From the sequence record DRR723986_6670: DNA of 37,688 bases; one strand, 5' to 3'. A model generated the notes under the pieces. It ran no database searches. It was not told the DNA's origin and worked only from the letters and a program-made list of their open reading frames with translations. The position numbers and the translations under genes were made by a program. Positions 8,562-18,372 of the stretch are shown here, piece by piece (the first letter of the stretch is position 1; every line of letters begins with the position of its first letter).

Positions 8562-11030
8562 CTAATTGGCACGCTTGCCTCGAACACTTGCCCGAAGGTG
8601 CCGGACGGTCCAGGAGACGACGTTTGAGGATTGCTGGTCCGCGGTCACGTCAGTCCGCTCGCTGACCTCAAGCTCAAGACGCAAGCTGCCACTGCCAAAC
8701 TCGGCCAACAATTGTGGATCGGTAATCGTTTTGTTCGACGGCAGCGAAGGATTGGTCAGGTTCATGATTTCACGTTTCTGGCCGCCCACAAACGCGTGTA
8801 GAACAACATTTCGCTGCGGTGCGGTGATGTCAAACGCAAGTTCAATCTCGGACAGCTCCATTGGCAGCACTTGCGATGGCAGTTCAAAACGGAGTGCGGC
8901 AGTTGCACCGATCGTCAGGCCTTCCGCCCACTCGCCGTTGTCTTCGTTGTAGCTGAACGTTTGTCCGGATGACGAAAGGTCGCGTCGGAGTTTGATCAGG
9001 CCGTGTGGCACGTAAATTTCCTGTCCGACAGGCGGTCGCTTGATTTGGAGAGGTAGTGCGACCAATGCCGAACCCTGTTGTTTGAGCTCTTTGTCCCACT
9101 TCGGGCCATCTTTCCAGGTGTCCGTCCAGCCAAAGAGAACACGCTCAAGTGGTAGAGTACGTTCATCGAAGCTGAAATAGCTTGAATACACGTCCATGCG
9201 TCGCTGTTGCTCGTCAGTCACGAAAGAAGCGTCGATCCACCTGCTACCATCGGCGACAAGACTGCCATCGCAAGTGAAGCTGTCACCATCGGCACTGCAT
9301 AAAAGCAGGTCACCAGCCACGTAGCCTAGAACTGGATCTGACAGACCGCCCGGTAATCCAGCAGGCGGTATAACTCGGATTCCTGAATCAGTCAGTTCGG
9401 CGGTCGCGATCAGAGGCGGAGTGTCGAGCGTGTAGTTCGCATCATAACGCCATGTTCCAGGTCGCCAGTTTTCGTTCGAAAGTTTCCATTTGCCGAAGTC
9501 GTCGGTCTCGAATCGGGTCAGTCCGCTAGAAACTCCGTCGGCTGTTGCCATACCTTCGCTGGTCGAAGCGAGGCTCATCGACTCGTTGGAGTTCAGGTAC
9601 ACTGCGGCTGTTTCGCGGACGTTGGCCTTGGTTCCATCACCTGAAAATTCAACAATCTGTAGCCTTGAAACGCTGTCGACTTTGTCGCTGCGAATCGTCG
9701 TTGAAGCGATCAAGAGTGCTCCACCAAACAGTGCGGCAAGAATCGGAGCAGCCAGCCCGATCCAAAGTAGATCGATCCCGACAAACTTAACCAGAGCGCT
9801 CAAGGCAATCAGAGCGCAGAAGCTGAGCAAGGTCGCAGCCACCCAACTGCGCGGCACAATTGGATTGCCGATATGCTGGAGCGGATACTCCGGTTGAGCG
9901 TCGTCCATCGGCAATGGCCGTCGAATTTCGTTGACTTCCGATGCAAACTGAACCGCCCACGGGCGAACTTGGTAGTTAGATTGAAACAGCGTGCTTGTTG
10001 ACGGCTGTTCGGTTCGAGGACGAATCCATGCACCCGAGTCCAGTGCCGTAATGATCGTCTCTCCGTAGCCGCTTGGCATGGAGATCACAATTGGCCAACC
10101 TTGGGTTGATGCCAGGACCTTGCCACCCTCTTGAACGACACGCTTTAACTGGGCCGGGTTTTGAAGGCTTACGGTGCGATCTTTCTCTGCCAGTCGTACT
10201 GTCTCGCTTTCTACTTCAATGACAAAATCGTTTACGTGGACTTGGTCGATTACCGACAGCGACTGCCCCGGTGCAAGGAAGCTTTGAACTGCTTCTTCGG
10301 TTAAGTGTTCGAGCATTAGCCACAACCGACCTCCGCTGTTGGCAAATTGCTTGAGAGCGGCACGTGTTGAGGCGTCGCGGAGCGACTCAGGATCGGCAAC
10401 GATAAAGACATCTAAGCCTTGCAAATCGTTGATTCCGACCGGGGGTAGCTTGCGGTCATAATTCGCGGTTAGTCTTGAGTTACCAGCTTCCAAACGTGTC
10501 GCGACTGCCAGCTCGTACGGAGCATAAACGGGTGTTTTGGGCCAGTACCAGAAAGGCAGAGTCTCGGGTTCAAGGGGCAGTAGTAGTCCCGCGTGGGTAG
10601 CCTTCTTGTCGACAGAAAGCTTGAAAGTGTAGCTAACTGGCGCGCCGTCGCGTTTGAGGACAACTTCGCGGCCATCCTGCTCGGCGACCATCATCAGTTC
10701 GATGACGATTGATTCGCGGCCCGCAATGGTGGTCGGCAAGTTGATGTAGATGTCGTACTGGGATTCCTGGTTACCGCGAACGACCACGCGCCGAGCGCTT
10801 TGTTGGTCGGTTTGACCTTCGACACTAGCCAGAACAACCGCTTCGCCCGGCGTGTTGCCACGATTGACGACTTTCACGGTTAGCACCACCAAGCCACCGG
10901 GCTTAACGCGTGCTTGCGGGGACAGGGAAACCGTCAGGAATCGCAGGTCTTCGGTGGCCGCACGACCCACAGCCGGAGTGAGGAGTGAGAAACCGAGAAC
11001 CGCGGCCAGGATTGCAAAACGAGTGAACAT
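8562..11030 (-). CDS. Large secreted/membrane-anchored ABC accessory protein of unknown function
   Basis: Signal peptide, Ig-like N-terminal region, GATase-like-fold segment (DVFIVAD...LKQFANSGGRL), central TM hairpin; first gene of the ABC operon. Confidence 0.7.
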   Translation of the reverse strand: MFTRFAILAAVLGFSLLTPAVGRAATEDLRFLTVSLSPQARVKPGGLVVLTVKVVNRGNTPGEAVVLASVEGQTDQQSARRVVVRGNQESQYDIYINLPTTIAGRESIVIELMMVAEQDGREVVLKRDGAPVSYTFKLSVDKKATHAGLLLPLEPETLPFWYWPKTPVYAPYELAVATRLEAGNSRLTANYDRKLPPVGINDLQGLDVFIVADPESLRDASTRAALKQFANSGGRLWLMLEHLTEEAVQSFLAPGQSLSVIDQVHVNDFVIEVESETVRLAEKDRTVSLQNPAQLKRVVQEGGKVLASTQGWPIVISMPSGYGETIITALDSGAWIRPRTEQPSTSTLFQSNYQVRPWAVQFASEVNEIRRPLPMDDAQPEYPLQHIGNPIVPRSWVAATLLSFCALIALSALVKFVGIDLLWIGLAAPILAALFGGALLIASTTIRSDKVDSVSRLQIVEFSGDGTKANVRETAAVYLNSNESMSLASTSEGMATADGVSSGLTRFETDDFGKWKLSNENWRPGTWRYDANYTLDTPPLIATAELTDSGIRVIPPAGLPGGLSDPVLGYVAGDLLLCSADGDSFTCDGSLVADGSRWIDASFVTDEQQRRMDVYSSYFSFDERTLPLERVLFGWTDTWKDGPKWDKELKQQGSALVALPLQIKRPPVGQEIYVPHGLIKLRRDLSSSGQTFSYNEDNGEWAEGLTIGATAALRFELPSQVLPMELSEIELAFDITAPQRNVVLHAFVGGQKREIMNLTNPSLPSNKTITDPQLLAEFGSGSLRLELEVSERTDVTADQQSSNVVSWTVRHLRASVRGKRAN

Positions 11031-11070
11031 ATTTGCCAGGATGCAATTTGGGTGGAAAAGCGAACAGTCG

Positions 11071-11099
11071 CGGGTCGACTTGAACCGCTCTAGATTACA
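11071..11099 (-). promoter_or_regulatory. Putative ECF-sigma promoter for the ABC operon
   Basis: Minus strand reads TGTAA-TCTAGAGCGGTTCAAGT-CGACCCG (TGTAA-N17-CGAC), 40 nt upstream of ATG 11030. Confidence 0.5.
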
Positions 11100-11227
11100 C
11101 AGAGGCCGGTAATTTGCCAGATATATTCACCACAGCCACGCTCAGAGGCCATAGAAATAGCCCTATTCGCTGGGCAGGTTCGCCTCGACGGCATTTCAGA
11201 AGGGGTTTTGCGCGACTTGGAAACTAG

Positions 11228-12562
11228 TCACTGCATAGCTTGAATGGTTGCCTCGCGAGCGCGGCCAGCGGCCTGAAGGAACTCCGCAGAGGCCAAGTCT
11301 CGTGGTGATAGCTCATGTGGATAGTACGACACCACCGCTTTTTGAAGTGCTTCGATTCGTGAAGGCGTCAGCCGAAACGCGTCGCCCCAGCCGTCGTCAA
11401 TCATACCCTTCGCCAAAGGTACGCGAAGCCGCACGCAAGCAGGGCCTCCACCGCCGGACATGCTTTGGTCGAGCTGCACATATTCGACGTCACGAATCGG
11501 ATTGTTGGTATCAGAGACAATCTGGTCAACGACCCTACGTGCCGAGTGGATCTGTTGGCATTGCTGCGGACAGAAAATCGTCATTTCCTCGGAGGTACCG
11601 ACGATCTGAGAGTTGAACAGATAGCTCTCAATTGCATCGGAGAGCGTCAGGTCCTGGCGACTGACCTCGTATAGCAAGAGCTCTTGGCCAGTTATCTCGC
11701 CGAAGCGGTCGGCGGCTGACTCCAGCGCAGACGCACCGCCTTCAAAAGCGTCTTCGTGGAAAAGGACTAGTTTGTAGTGGCTTGTGGCAACGACGTCATT
11801 ATGAAACGCTCCCGCAGCAATCGCCTCTGGCTTCTGAGCAAGATAAAACGTATTGTCGTCGACCAAATGATGCTGCCTCGCAATGGCTTGGCAGCACTTA
11901 AGTGTTTGGCGTGGCAGGAAACGCGATCGATCGAACGAGTCTTCTCCGTAGACGAACACGTTGATTGCCGTGCTGCCACTTGGATCGCATAGCCGCATGT
12001 GGTTGGCCGCCCCCTCGTCACGCAGCGGTACGATTGAGGGCAGGGCAGGGTGGCAATCAAAGTTTGGGTTGTTGGCAGATGTTGCAAACATCGACCGCAT
12101 AGCAGATTCTCGGTCAGCGGTCTCTGTGTGGCGGTGCAAGCTGCTGATCAGATTGGCCGGGGTGAAGTGAAAGGAGCCATCGATGGCGTCGCGGCCGCAG
12201 GTGAACGTGCCAGAGTTGGCCGTCCACAAGAACGCTCCGCTGTAAGCTGCTGATAGTAGATCAGGTGCTTCGTCACCGGCCCGCTTCAACACATCAGCGT
12301 CCGAGCCCCCGAAGCCTACACTCCTGAGAAATTCTAAGTTCGGGCGCACTGGCGGTAACCAGAGGAATTGCGGCGTGCCGGTCTCGCTGACGCGTCGCGC
12401 TTTATCAAGGCTCTGCAAGGCAGCCGACTGCGGCGAACTAACTTGTCCGCGATGTTCCATTGAGGCTAAATTTCCAACTCCCAAGCCACCGAAGTGATGC
12501 GAGGGCCCTGGGAGTGAGTCAATGTTGACTTCGACTATCTGTGATTCAGGTGGCTGTGGCAT
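11228..12562 (-). CDS. astB: N-succinylarginine dihydrolase
   Basis: EVNIDSLPGPSHHFGGLGVGNLAS, DEGAANH, FHNDV, GGGPACVRLRV (catalytic Cys). Confidence 0.93.
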   Translation of the reverse strand: MPQPPESQIVEVNIDSLPGPSHHFGGLGVGNLASMEHRGQVSSPQSAALQSLDKARRVSETGTPQFLWLPPVRPNLEFLRSVGFGGSDADVLKRAGDEAPDLLSAAYSGAFLWTANSGTFTCGRDAIDGSFHFTPANLISSLHRHTETADRESAMRSMFATSANNPNFDCHPALPSIVPLRDEGAANHMRLCDPSGSTAINVFVYGEDSFDRSRFLPRQTLKCCQAIARQHHLVDDNTFYLAQKPEAIAAGAFHNDVVATSHYKLVLFHEDAFEGGASALESAADRFGEITGQELLLYEVSRQDLTLSDAIESYLFNSQIVGTSEEMTIFCPQQCQQIHSARRVVDQIVSDTNNPIRDVEYVQLDQSMSGGGGPACVRLRVPLAKGMIDDGWGDAFRLTPSRIEALQKAVVSYYPHELSPRDLASAEFLQAAGRAREATIQAMQ

Positions 12563-12636
12563 GATGGGATCGCAGCAAGAAAGACTCAGAGCGAATCATA
12601 AATTGGAATGGCACGCATCGGTTTGTCCGGCTGCGA

Positions 12637-14127
12637 CTACTCTTCCGACGAGCTGAGGCCGTGAATCGATCCGGAGAGATCCACCAGGCTGTCTGCCTCT
12701 AAAGATGCAACTGGATACGAACAATAGTCTGCCGCAAAGTAACCGCTCGGTTGATGATTGCCACTGGCGCCTATGCCGCCGAAGGGAAGTTTCCCGCTGG
12801 CTCCGGTCGTTTGGCGATTCCAATTGACGATTCCAGCACGACAGCCATTGATAAAGTGTTGATACTCGGCTTGATTGTCTCCGATGTATCCAGCCGATAG
12901 TCCGTATTCCGTGTCGTTGGCGATTTCAATTGCATGATCCAAATCCTCAGCCGCTTGCGCGACAAGCAATGGTCCAAAGTGCTCTTCGTCGGATAGCTTC
13001 TGTCCCTGGCCCAATATGGCGAGGCCGGGAGTTAATAGAGAGCTGCAGCGTTCATCAAGCTTGCACGAGACCTGTGTTTCTGCACCTGCCGCGATGATCT
13101 GTTCCTGTGCCGCCAGCATGTTCTGGGCAGATTGCGAGTTGATGAGTGGACCCATGAAGGGCTGCTTTTCGTCCAACGGTAGCCCGACGCGGATCTTTGG
13201 TAATAGCTCTTTCAATCGTGTGACGAGTTCTTCAAACGATTCTTTGCCCACAACGATTAAACGCCTTGCGCAGGTGCATCGCTGGCCTGAAGAGATCATT
13301 GATGACATGATGGTCGCTTGTGCGGCTCGCTGCACATCACGACAGTTGTGAACGACGAGGGGATTGTTGCCGCCGAGCTCCAGCGCTAGGACTCGATGTG
13401 GCTGCCCTGCCATCGCTTTGTGGATCGCATAACCGACTTTTCGGCTACCAGTAAACAGAACTCCCGAGACGCGTTCGTCGGCTACGATTTGCTGTGCGAT
13501 GTCGGCTCCACCGTGAACTAGATTAACGATTCCGTCGGTGGCCCCCGCTTTTTGCCAGAGCTCACAAAGTTTCTGCCCTGTAGCAGGTGCTTGTTCGCTT
13601 GGTTTGAAGACGATTGTGTTCCCAGCCAACAGTGCTGGGACCATGTGCGCTCCGGGCAGGTGCAGTGGCAAGTTAAACGGCCCAATCACAAACATAACGC
13701 CATGCGGACGGTATCGCGTGACCGCAGTGAACGTCTCCAGCTTGTTCTCGGTCGTCCATCTGCGCTGCAAAATGGCTTCGATCGAGTTCTCAACTTTTCC
13801 GATTGCTCCAGCAACCTCGGTCCGCGTCTCCCACAAGGGTTTTCCAACTTCGACGGATATCAGCTCAGCAATCTCCTCCTTCGATTCACCTAGCAGCCGG
13901 GCGTACTCGCGGCAGACGTGCGTGCGCTCTTCGAGTGACTTTCGCGCCCACGCCGGCTGGGCCTTGCCAGCATATTCGATAGCAGCAGTCGCTTGTTCTT
14001 TATTGGCAAACTGCCCCTGCCAAACAAGCGATTCGTAGGCGGGCGACGTGCGTTGATGATCTGCGCCGCCGCCAGCAGTCCACTGCGGCCCAATCAACAG
14101 CTTGCCGTCGGTGGGATTGATAGTCAT
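12637..14127 (-). CDS. astD: Succinylglutamate-semialdehyde dehydrogenase
   Basis: RPHGV..GPFNLPLHLP, FKPSE, LELGGNNP, GQRCTCARR, EEHFGP, GASGNHQPSGYFAADYC; located between astA and astB. Confidence 0.93.
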   Translation of the reverse strand: MTINPTDGKLLIGPQWTAGGGADHQRTSPAYESLVWQGQFANKEQATAAIEYAGKAQPAWARKSLEERTHVCREYARLLGESKEEIAELISVEVGKPLWETRTEVAGAIGKVENSIEAILQRRWTTENKLETFTAVTRYRPHGVMFVIGPFNLPLHLPGAHMVPALLAGNTIVFKPSEQAPATGQKLCELWQKAGATDGIVNLVHGGADIAQQIVADERVSGVLFTGSRKVGYAIHKAMAGQPHRVLALELGGNNPLVVHNCRDVQRAAQATIMSSMISSGQRCTCARRLIVVGKESFEELVTRLKELLPKIRVGLPLDEKQPFMGPLINSQSAQNMLAAQEQIIAAGAETQVSCKLDERCSSLLTPGLAILGQGQKLSDEEHFGPLLVAQAAEDLDHAIEIANDTEYGLSAGYIGDNQAEYQHFINGCRAGIVNWNRQTTGASGKLPFGGIGASGNHQPSGYFAADYCSYPVASLEADSLVDLSGSIHGLSSSEE

Positions 14128-14187
14128 AGGTGTGTTCCTGCTTGGCGGCTGACAGAGTTTACGCGGGAAGTATTGAGGAGCTTGGTT

Positions 14188-15219
14188 CTATGTTGGCGGA
14201 GAAACACGCATAACGCGAGCCGAGTCACCGACGTCGATGCGGAGCAATTCTGCGGATTGGGCGTCGATTGCAATCGAGGGTTCGTCCAGAATCTGCACGG
14301 TAGCTAGACAGGCCCGGAATCCATCGCGGTGATTCGAGACAAGCTGCTGCGCTGCGTGTGGCTGCAGCTCGGAAGTCGAAGCAATTTTGGCGACGCGTCT
14401 TTCGCGGCAACGTCGAACTGCGTCGATCGAATCGCGACTACACTCGACAACTGGTCCACCGTCAAAAATGTCGATCAAATCGGTGACTTCGAAACCTTCA
14501 GCGCGTAGCATCTTGAGCGCGGGTTCTGTGTTCGGGTGGACGCTGCCCATGATGGCTCTTGTTTCAGGACTGAGCAAGCAACTGTAGATCGGGTGATGCG
14601 GCATCAGGTCTTCGATGAAACGTTTGTTCATCGTGGAGAGACTGTCGGCTTGAGGGAAATCCATTGCGAAGAAGTGCCGCCCGATCGCCTCCCAGAATGG
14701 ACACGTTCCGTCATCGTCCATCACCCCACGCATCTCAGCGATGACCTGTGAATCGAAACGCATTGGGTGCTCCGCCATGAACGCGAAACGTGCGAGGCTT
14801 AACAATCGACCGCGTCCATTGCCCCGATACTCAGGTAGCAAGAAAAGGCTACCGATCTCTGTCGGCCCGTCGTGAATCTTGGCTAGATGCAACGACTCTA
14901 CTTGTACATTCTTCTTGAGCAATTCACTGTAGCTGGACTCGACAACGCGGCGGTAACTATAAAACGGTTCGTAGCCGCCGGTCTTGCTGAAGATACACGA
15001 CAGCCCAACGAGTGCTTGGCTGTCGGGGTCTTCCATGACAAAAACATACGGATCACCACTTGCACGGTCGGTTGATCGGTTGAAGGCGAAATTGGAAAGT
15101 TCAACGCGTTCGCGGAGCTGGTCCTTGGTGATTTGAAGAGTGGTTAGACCATAGGTGGCACTTTCGATCAGTCCCCAAAGTTGTTCAAGATCCTCGAGTC
15201 GAACGTTGCGTACGATCAT
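14188..15219 (-). CDS. astA: Arginine N-succinyltransferase
   Basis: TEIGSLFLLPEYR, GRLLSLARF, VIAEMRG, PFWEAIGRHFFAMDF, DIFDGGP; start at MIVRNV (15219). Confidence 0.93.
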   Translation of the reverse strand: MIVRNVRLEDLEQLWGLIESATYGLTTLQITKDQLRERVELSNFAFNRSTDRASGDPYVFVMEDPDSQALVGLSCIFSKTGGYEPFYSYRRVVESSYSELLKKNVQVESLHLAKIHDGPTEIGSLFLLPEYRGNGRGRLLSLARFAFMAEHPMRFDSQVIAEMRGVMDDDGTCPFWEAIGRHFFAMDFPQADSLSTMNKRFIEDLMPHHPIYSCLLSPETRAIMGSVHPNTEPALKMLRAEGFEVTDLIDIFDGGPVVECSRDSIDAVRRCRERRVAKIASTSELQPHAAQQLVSNHRDGFRACLATVQILDEPSIAIDAQSAELLRIDVGDSARVMRVSPPT

Positions 15220-15357
15220 GATGTCTTCCGCTGAAGAGAGCGAATGAGAAAAGCACATGTTGAAGAGATGCCGCTTGCGCCGCCGAAAGTGAATGTACAC
15301 GCCAGGTCAGCGAGACACCAGAATTGTACACAGCAGCAGCAAATTCCGACTGCTATT

Positions 15358-16386
15358 CTACGCCGCTCGGCGTTGGTGGGCAGCGGGAGCCGTAGCGTAG
15401 CGATAGTGCCAGTCGGGGAACTTCGGAATTGGCGGGCAGGTTCGCATTAGATTTCCGCAAGCCGCGATGGGAAGTCTTGCAGCAACTTCGGCGGTCATCC
15501 GCAGCTTGTACGCCAAAGGTCGATCGCCGGACCACATTTCTGCGGTGAGTGCTGCTGCGCTTGCGGCGAATCCGCCCTTGGCAGCGATACGAGCCCACTT
15601 TCCCGGTCCGCTGGCAGCTCGCTTGCGTGGAGTAAACGGTATCGAAGCTGAAGCTTTAGTGGCTGTCGGTGCATTTGTGCGTTCTGCAATCAGTTCGCTG
15701 ATTAGCTCGCGTTGCGTGTCGCTGCGTTGCCAACAAACGCTACTGGAGTGTTGTCGATAGCACAGGAGAATATCGTCAAGGTTTGCTAGCTGTCCCTCGT
15801 CGCTCATGCGCAACCAAAGGTCATGGTCTTCGACCCACTGGTACTGTTGGCGATAACGACCTGCGCGAATGAATGCATCGCGACGGAAGAGCGTCGTTGG
15901 ATGGAAGTGGCCGGTACGGCGATTCATCAATCCGTCGACGATAGCATCGTGTTGCTTCGGTAGTCGGCTGAGCGAAAGCGGTCGGTCGTGCTGGTCCATT
16001 TCGAGGATACCGCCTCCGACGACTACGCACTCGGAGTGCCTCTCCAGATAGTCAACCTGCATTTGGAGGCGATGCTTCATCGCAACATCGTCGCAATCCA
16101 TACGGCAGATCAACTCACCGCGAGCCAGTTCACAACCATTGTTCAATGCGCGGACGATTCCGCCATTGGACTGATGGCAAACTTGGATGCGCTGGTCTTG
16201 AGTTCTTAGCCAGTCGAGGACTTCACCGCTGCCGTCGGTGGAACCATCGTTGACGCAGATCAGTTCCCAGTCGGTGTAGGATTGTTCAACGATGCTTGCC
16301 ACCGCGTCAATTACGTACTCCAGGCCGTTGTAGACCGGCATGACGACAGAGACAGTTGGACGACGCACTTCTAGCTCCGGTGTCAT
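15358..16386 (-). CDS. Glycosyltransferase family 2
   Basis: VSVVMPVYN, VNDGSTDGS, RMDCDD (DxD), EDHDLWLR. Confidence 0.92.
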   Translation of the reverse strand: MTPELEVRRPTVSVVMPVYNGLEYVIDAVASIVEQSYTDWELICVNDGSTDGSGEVLDWLRTQDQRIQVCHQSNGGIVRALNNGCELARGELICRMDCDDVAMKHRLQMQVDYLERHSECVVVGGGILEMDQHDRPLSLSRLPKQHDAIVDGLMNRRTGHFHPTTLFRRDAFIRAGRYRQQYQWVEDHDLWLRMSDEGQLANLDDILLCYRQHSSSVCWQRSDTQRELISELIAERTNAPTATKASASIPFTPRKRAASGPGKWARIAAKGGFAASAAALTAEMWSGDRPLAYKLRMTAEVAARLPIAACGNLMRTCPPIPKFPDWHYRYATAPAAHQRRAA

Positions 16387-16449
16387 TGGTTGGCAATTGA
16401 GCGAGCCAGCACGCGACTGGAGCTCATCTGTTGTGAAGGAAGGACCACA

Positions 16450-17340
16450 CTAGGCGGCCACTAGCGAGCGGTTTTCGATTCGCTGCCACGAGTCAGGAAT
16501 GATATGCGAACCATCCAACTGGCCCGGGCGGAACCACTCCGCTGGGGAGATGATGGTTTGCGCGTTGTTGTTCAGCCAAGCCGCCCACCAACTGAAGGTG
16601 CTGTTCGCGATCACATTGTGGCGGGCGAAGCCCATCATGTGCATGTCTTCGTAGGCGGTGTCGGCGGTCGTGTGATCAATATAATGCACCGGGATGTTCA
16701 GCTTTAGCTTCTCTTTGCACCAAGCGATGTCATTTGAGAAAACGAAGGCCTGGAGGTCTGTTTCGCGGTCCGCGATGTCACTAACCGCTTGCTGGTAATA
16801 CTCGATCGGCAGATGCTCGTAAATTTCGGCAGCCGCTGAGTTGGTTAGGTAGTCACCACGCCGCACATGGAGCGTGACGCTGTTGGTCGAACGGATACGT
16901 TCGGAGATTCGGGCACTTTCAGTCGACAAGGGGGCTGTAAGTTGAAACTCCTTGAGCAGTGTTTCTCGCATCCCTGGAAAGTACTTCTCGCTTTGCCAGT
17001 AGCCGACTAGGTAGCTGTTGTCGGTTGTCCGTAAGAACTTCGGGTTGAATCCAAACTTGGCTTCCTTGACGCGGCGCAGTTTCCCGAGTCGCAAGCGTTC
17101 CATAAGGCTCGGTGCTTTTCCGGTGGGTCGATACTTTGCAGGCAATTCGCAAAGCTGTTCTGGGCCAGCGACAGCAGCCCGAATGTTAAACTGGTCCAGC
17201 AGGAAACCGTGGTTCGGTTTTCCGGCATAGGATGTTGTGTCGATATAGAAACTGCAGTTGCGCTCCGCGGCAAGGTAAGCTCCAAACGCGTATTGGAACA
17301 TCTGGTTTCCCAGGCCGCCGTCAATTCTGGATACGATCAT
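16450..17340 (-). CDS. Alpha-1,2-fucosyltransferase-like (GT11)
   Basis: GGLGNQMFQYA, GYWQSEKYF, HVRRGDY, IANSTFSWWAAWL. Confidence 0.92.
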   Translation of the reverse strand: MIVSRIDGGLGNQMFQYAFGAYLAAERNCSFYIDTTSYAGKPNHGFLLDQFNIRAAVAGPEQLCELPAKYRPTGKAPSLMERLRLGKLRRVKEAKFGFNPKFLRTTDNSYLVGYWQSEKYFPGMRETLLKEFQLTAPLSTESARISERIRSTNSVTLHVRRGDYLTNSAAAEIYEHLPIEYYQQAVSDIADRETDLQAFVFSNDIAWCKEKLKLNIPVHYIDHTTADTAYEDMHMMGFARHNVIANSTFSWWAAWLNNNAQTIISPAEWFRPGQLDGSHIIPDSWQRIENRSLVAA

Positions 17341-17382
17341 TGTGCTTTGCCGCTGGTGTGTATTGGAAAACGTGTTGAGCAG

Positions 17383-18372
17383 TTAGGCAGATTTGCGCAG
17401 TGGTGATGTTATTCGGCGGCGCAACTGATTGACGACCAGTTGTACGCGATCAGACTTCTCGTGAAGAGCAATGGTTTGGGGCCTTCGCACAGGCTTACTC
17501 AGTCTCTGGTCAAAGTAGTCTGCGATCATCGACATGATGTTGTTCTGGTGAAGGACTCGTTGTCGCGCTTCACAGATTGCTGGTAGCGAATCTTCGTAGG
17601 TTTGGCTGCCAAGGATCTGCTCGATCCGATGGAAGGCTTCTTCAGGTTGGTAGATGTTGATTCGCGAGAACGACCCACTTGGGAAGCGAGAATCTGCTTC
17701 CGTGCCGCCAAAGTAGATTGGGTAGCTATATCCAAGGAATGCGTCGGAGATTTTTTCGGTCATGAAGAAGTCACTGTGATCGTTCTCCAGGACGATGTGA
17801 TACTTAAATGGCCAGATTGCTTCCGACTTGTCGTCCATGGTTCGAATGCCACGTCCGAACACTTCAATCTGTTCGCCAAAACGCTTCTGTAATGCTTGAA
17901 CAAAATCAAGTCGCTTGCGGTGATCGGGCGTGACGGCTTTGTTACTGCAGATAACGCTGGCGACTCGCGGCTTCTCCGGCTTGGGCAGGGCAACAAGATC
18001 GTCGTAGGCAAGGCGATGTCCGTGGGCGCTGCCATCGCGCATTGCATAGTGCCAGTGCTGGGCTTCATTTTGTAGCAAGCTGCATGGATGCTGAATGCTG
18101 CGATGCGAGGTCCAGACGCCTCCGAACTGACTGGTGAATCGACTGCGGTAGCGGCGAACACTCTCTGGTTCACCGGTTATCAATAGAGTTGTGTCCGGCG
18201 AGCAGACTTGCTGTATCTTGCACGGCAGGTCATCCAGAACGGCCCAGCCATCGACAGGCTTCCCGTCCGGCTCAAAGATAAACTGGTAGTCTCCCCAAAC
18301 TCCGTTTCCACCTGGCGTTTGCCTTTGCAGAGCCCAAGAATCGTAGCGGCAAGTGACAAGAATACGGGGCAT
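17383..18372 (-). CDS. GT10-family (alpha-1,3/4-fucosyltransferase-like) glycosyltransferase
   Basis: SVICSN...R, KYHIVLENDHSDFFMTEKISDAF...PIYFG donor-binding motif. Confidence 0.82.
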   Translation of the reverse strand: MPRILVTCRYDSWALQRQTPGGNGVWGDYQFIFEPDGKPVDGWAVLDDLPCKIQQVCSPDTTLLITGEPESVRRYRSRFTSQFGGVWTSHRSIQHPCSLLQNEAQHWHYAMRDGSAHGHRLAYDDLVALPKPEKPRVASVICSNKAVTPDHRKRLDFVQALQKRFGEQIEVFGRGIRTMDDKSEAIWPFKYHIVLENDHSDFFMTEKISDAFLGYSYPIYFGGTEADSRFPSGSFSRINIYQPEEAFHRIEQILGSQTYEDSLPAICEARQRVLHQNNIMSMIADYFDQRLSKPVRRPQTIALHEKSDRVQLVVNQLRRRITSPLRKSA

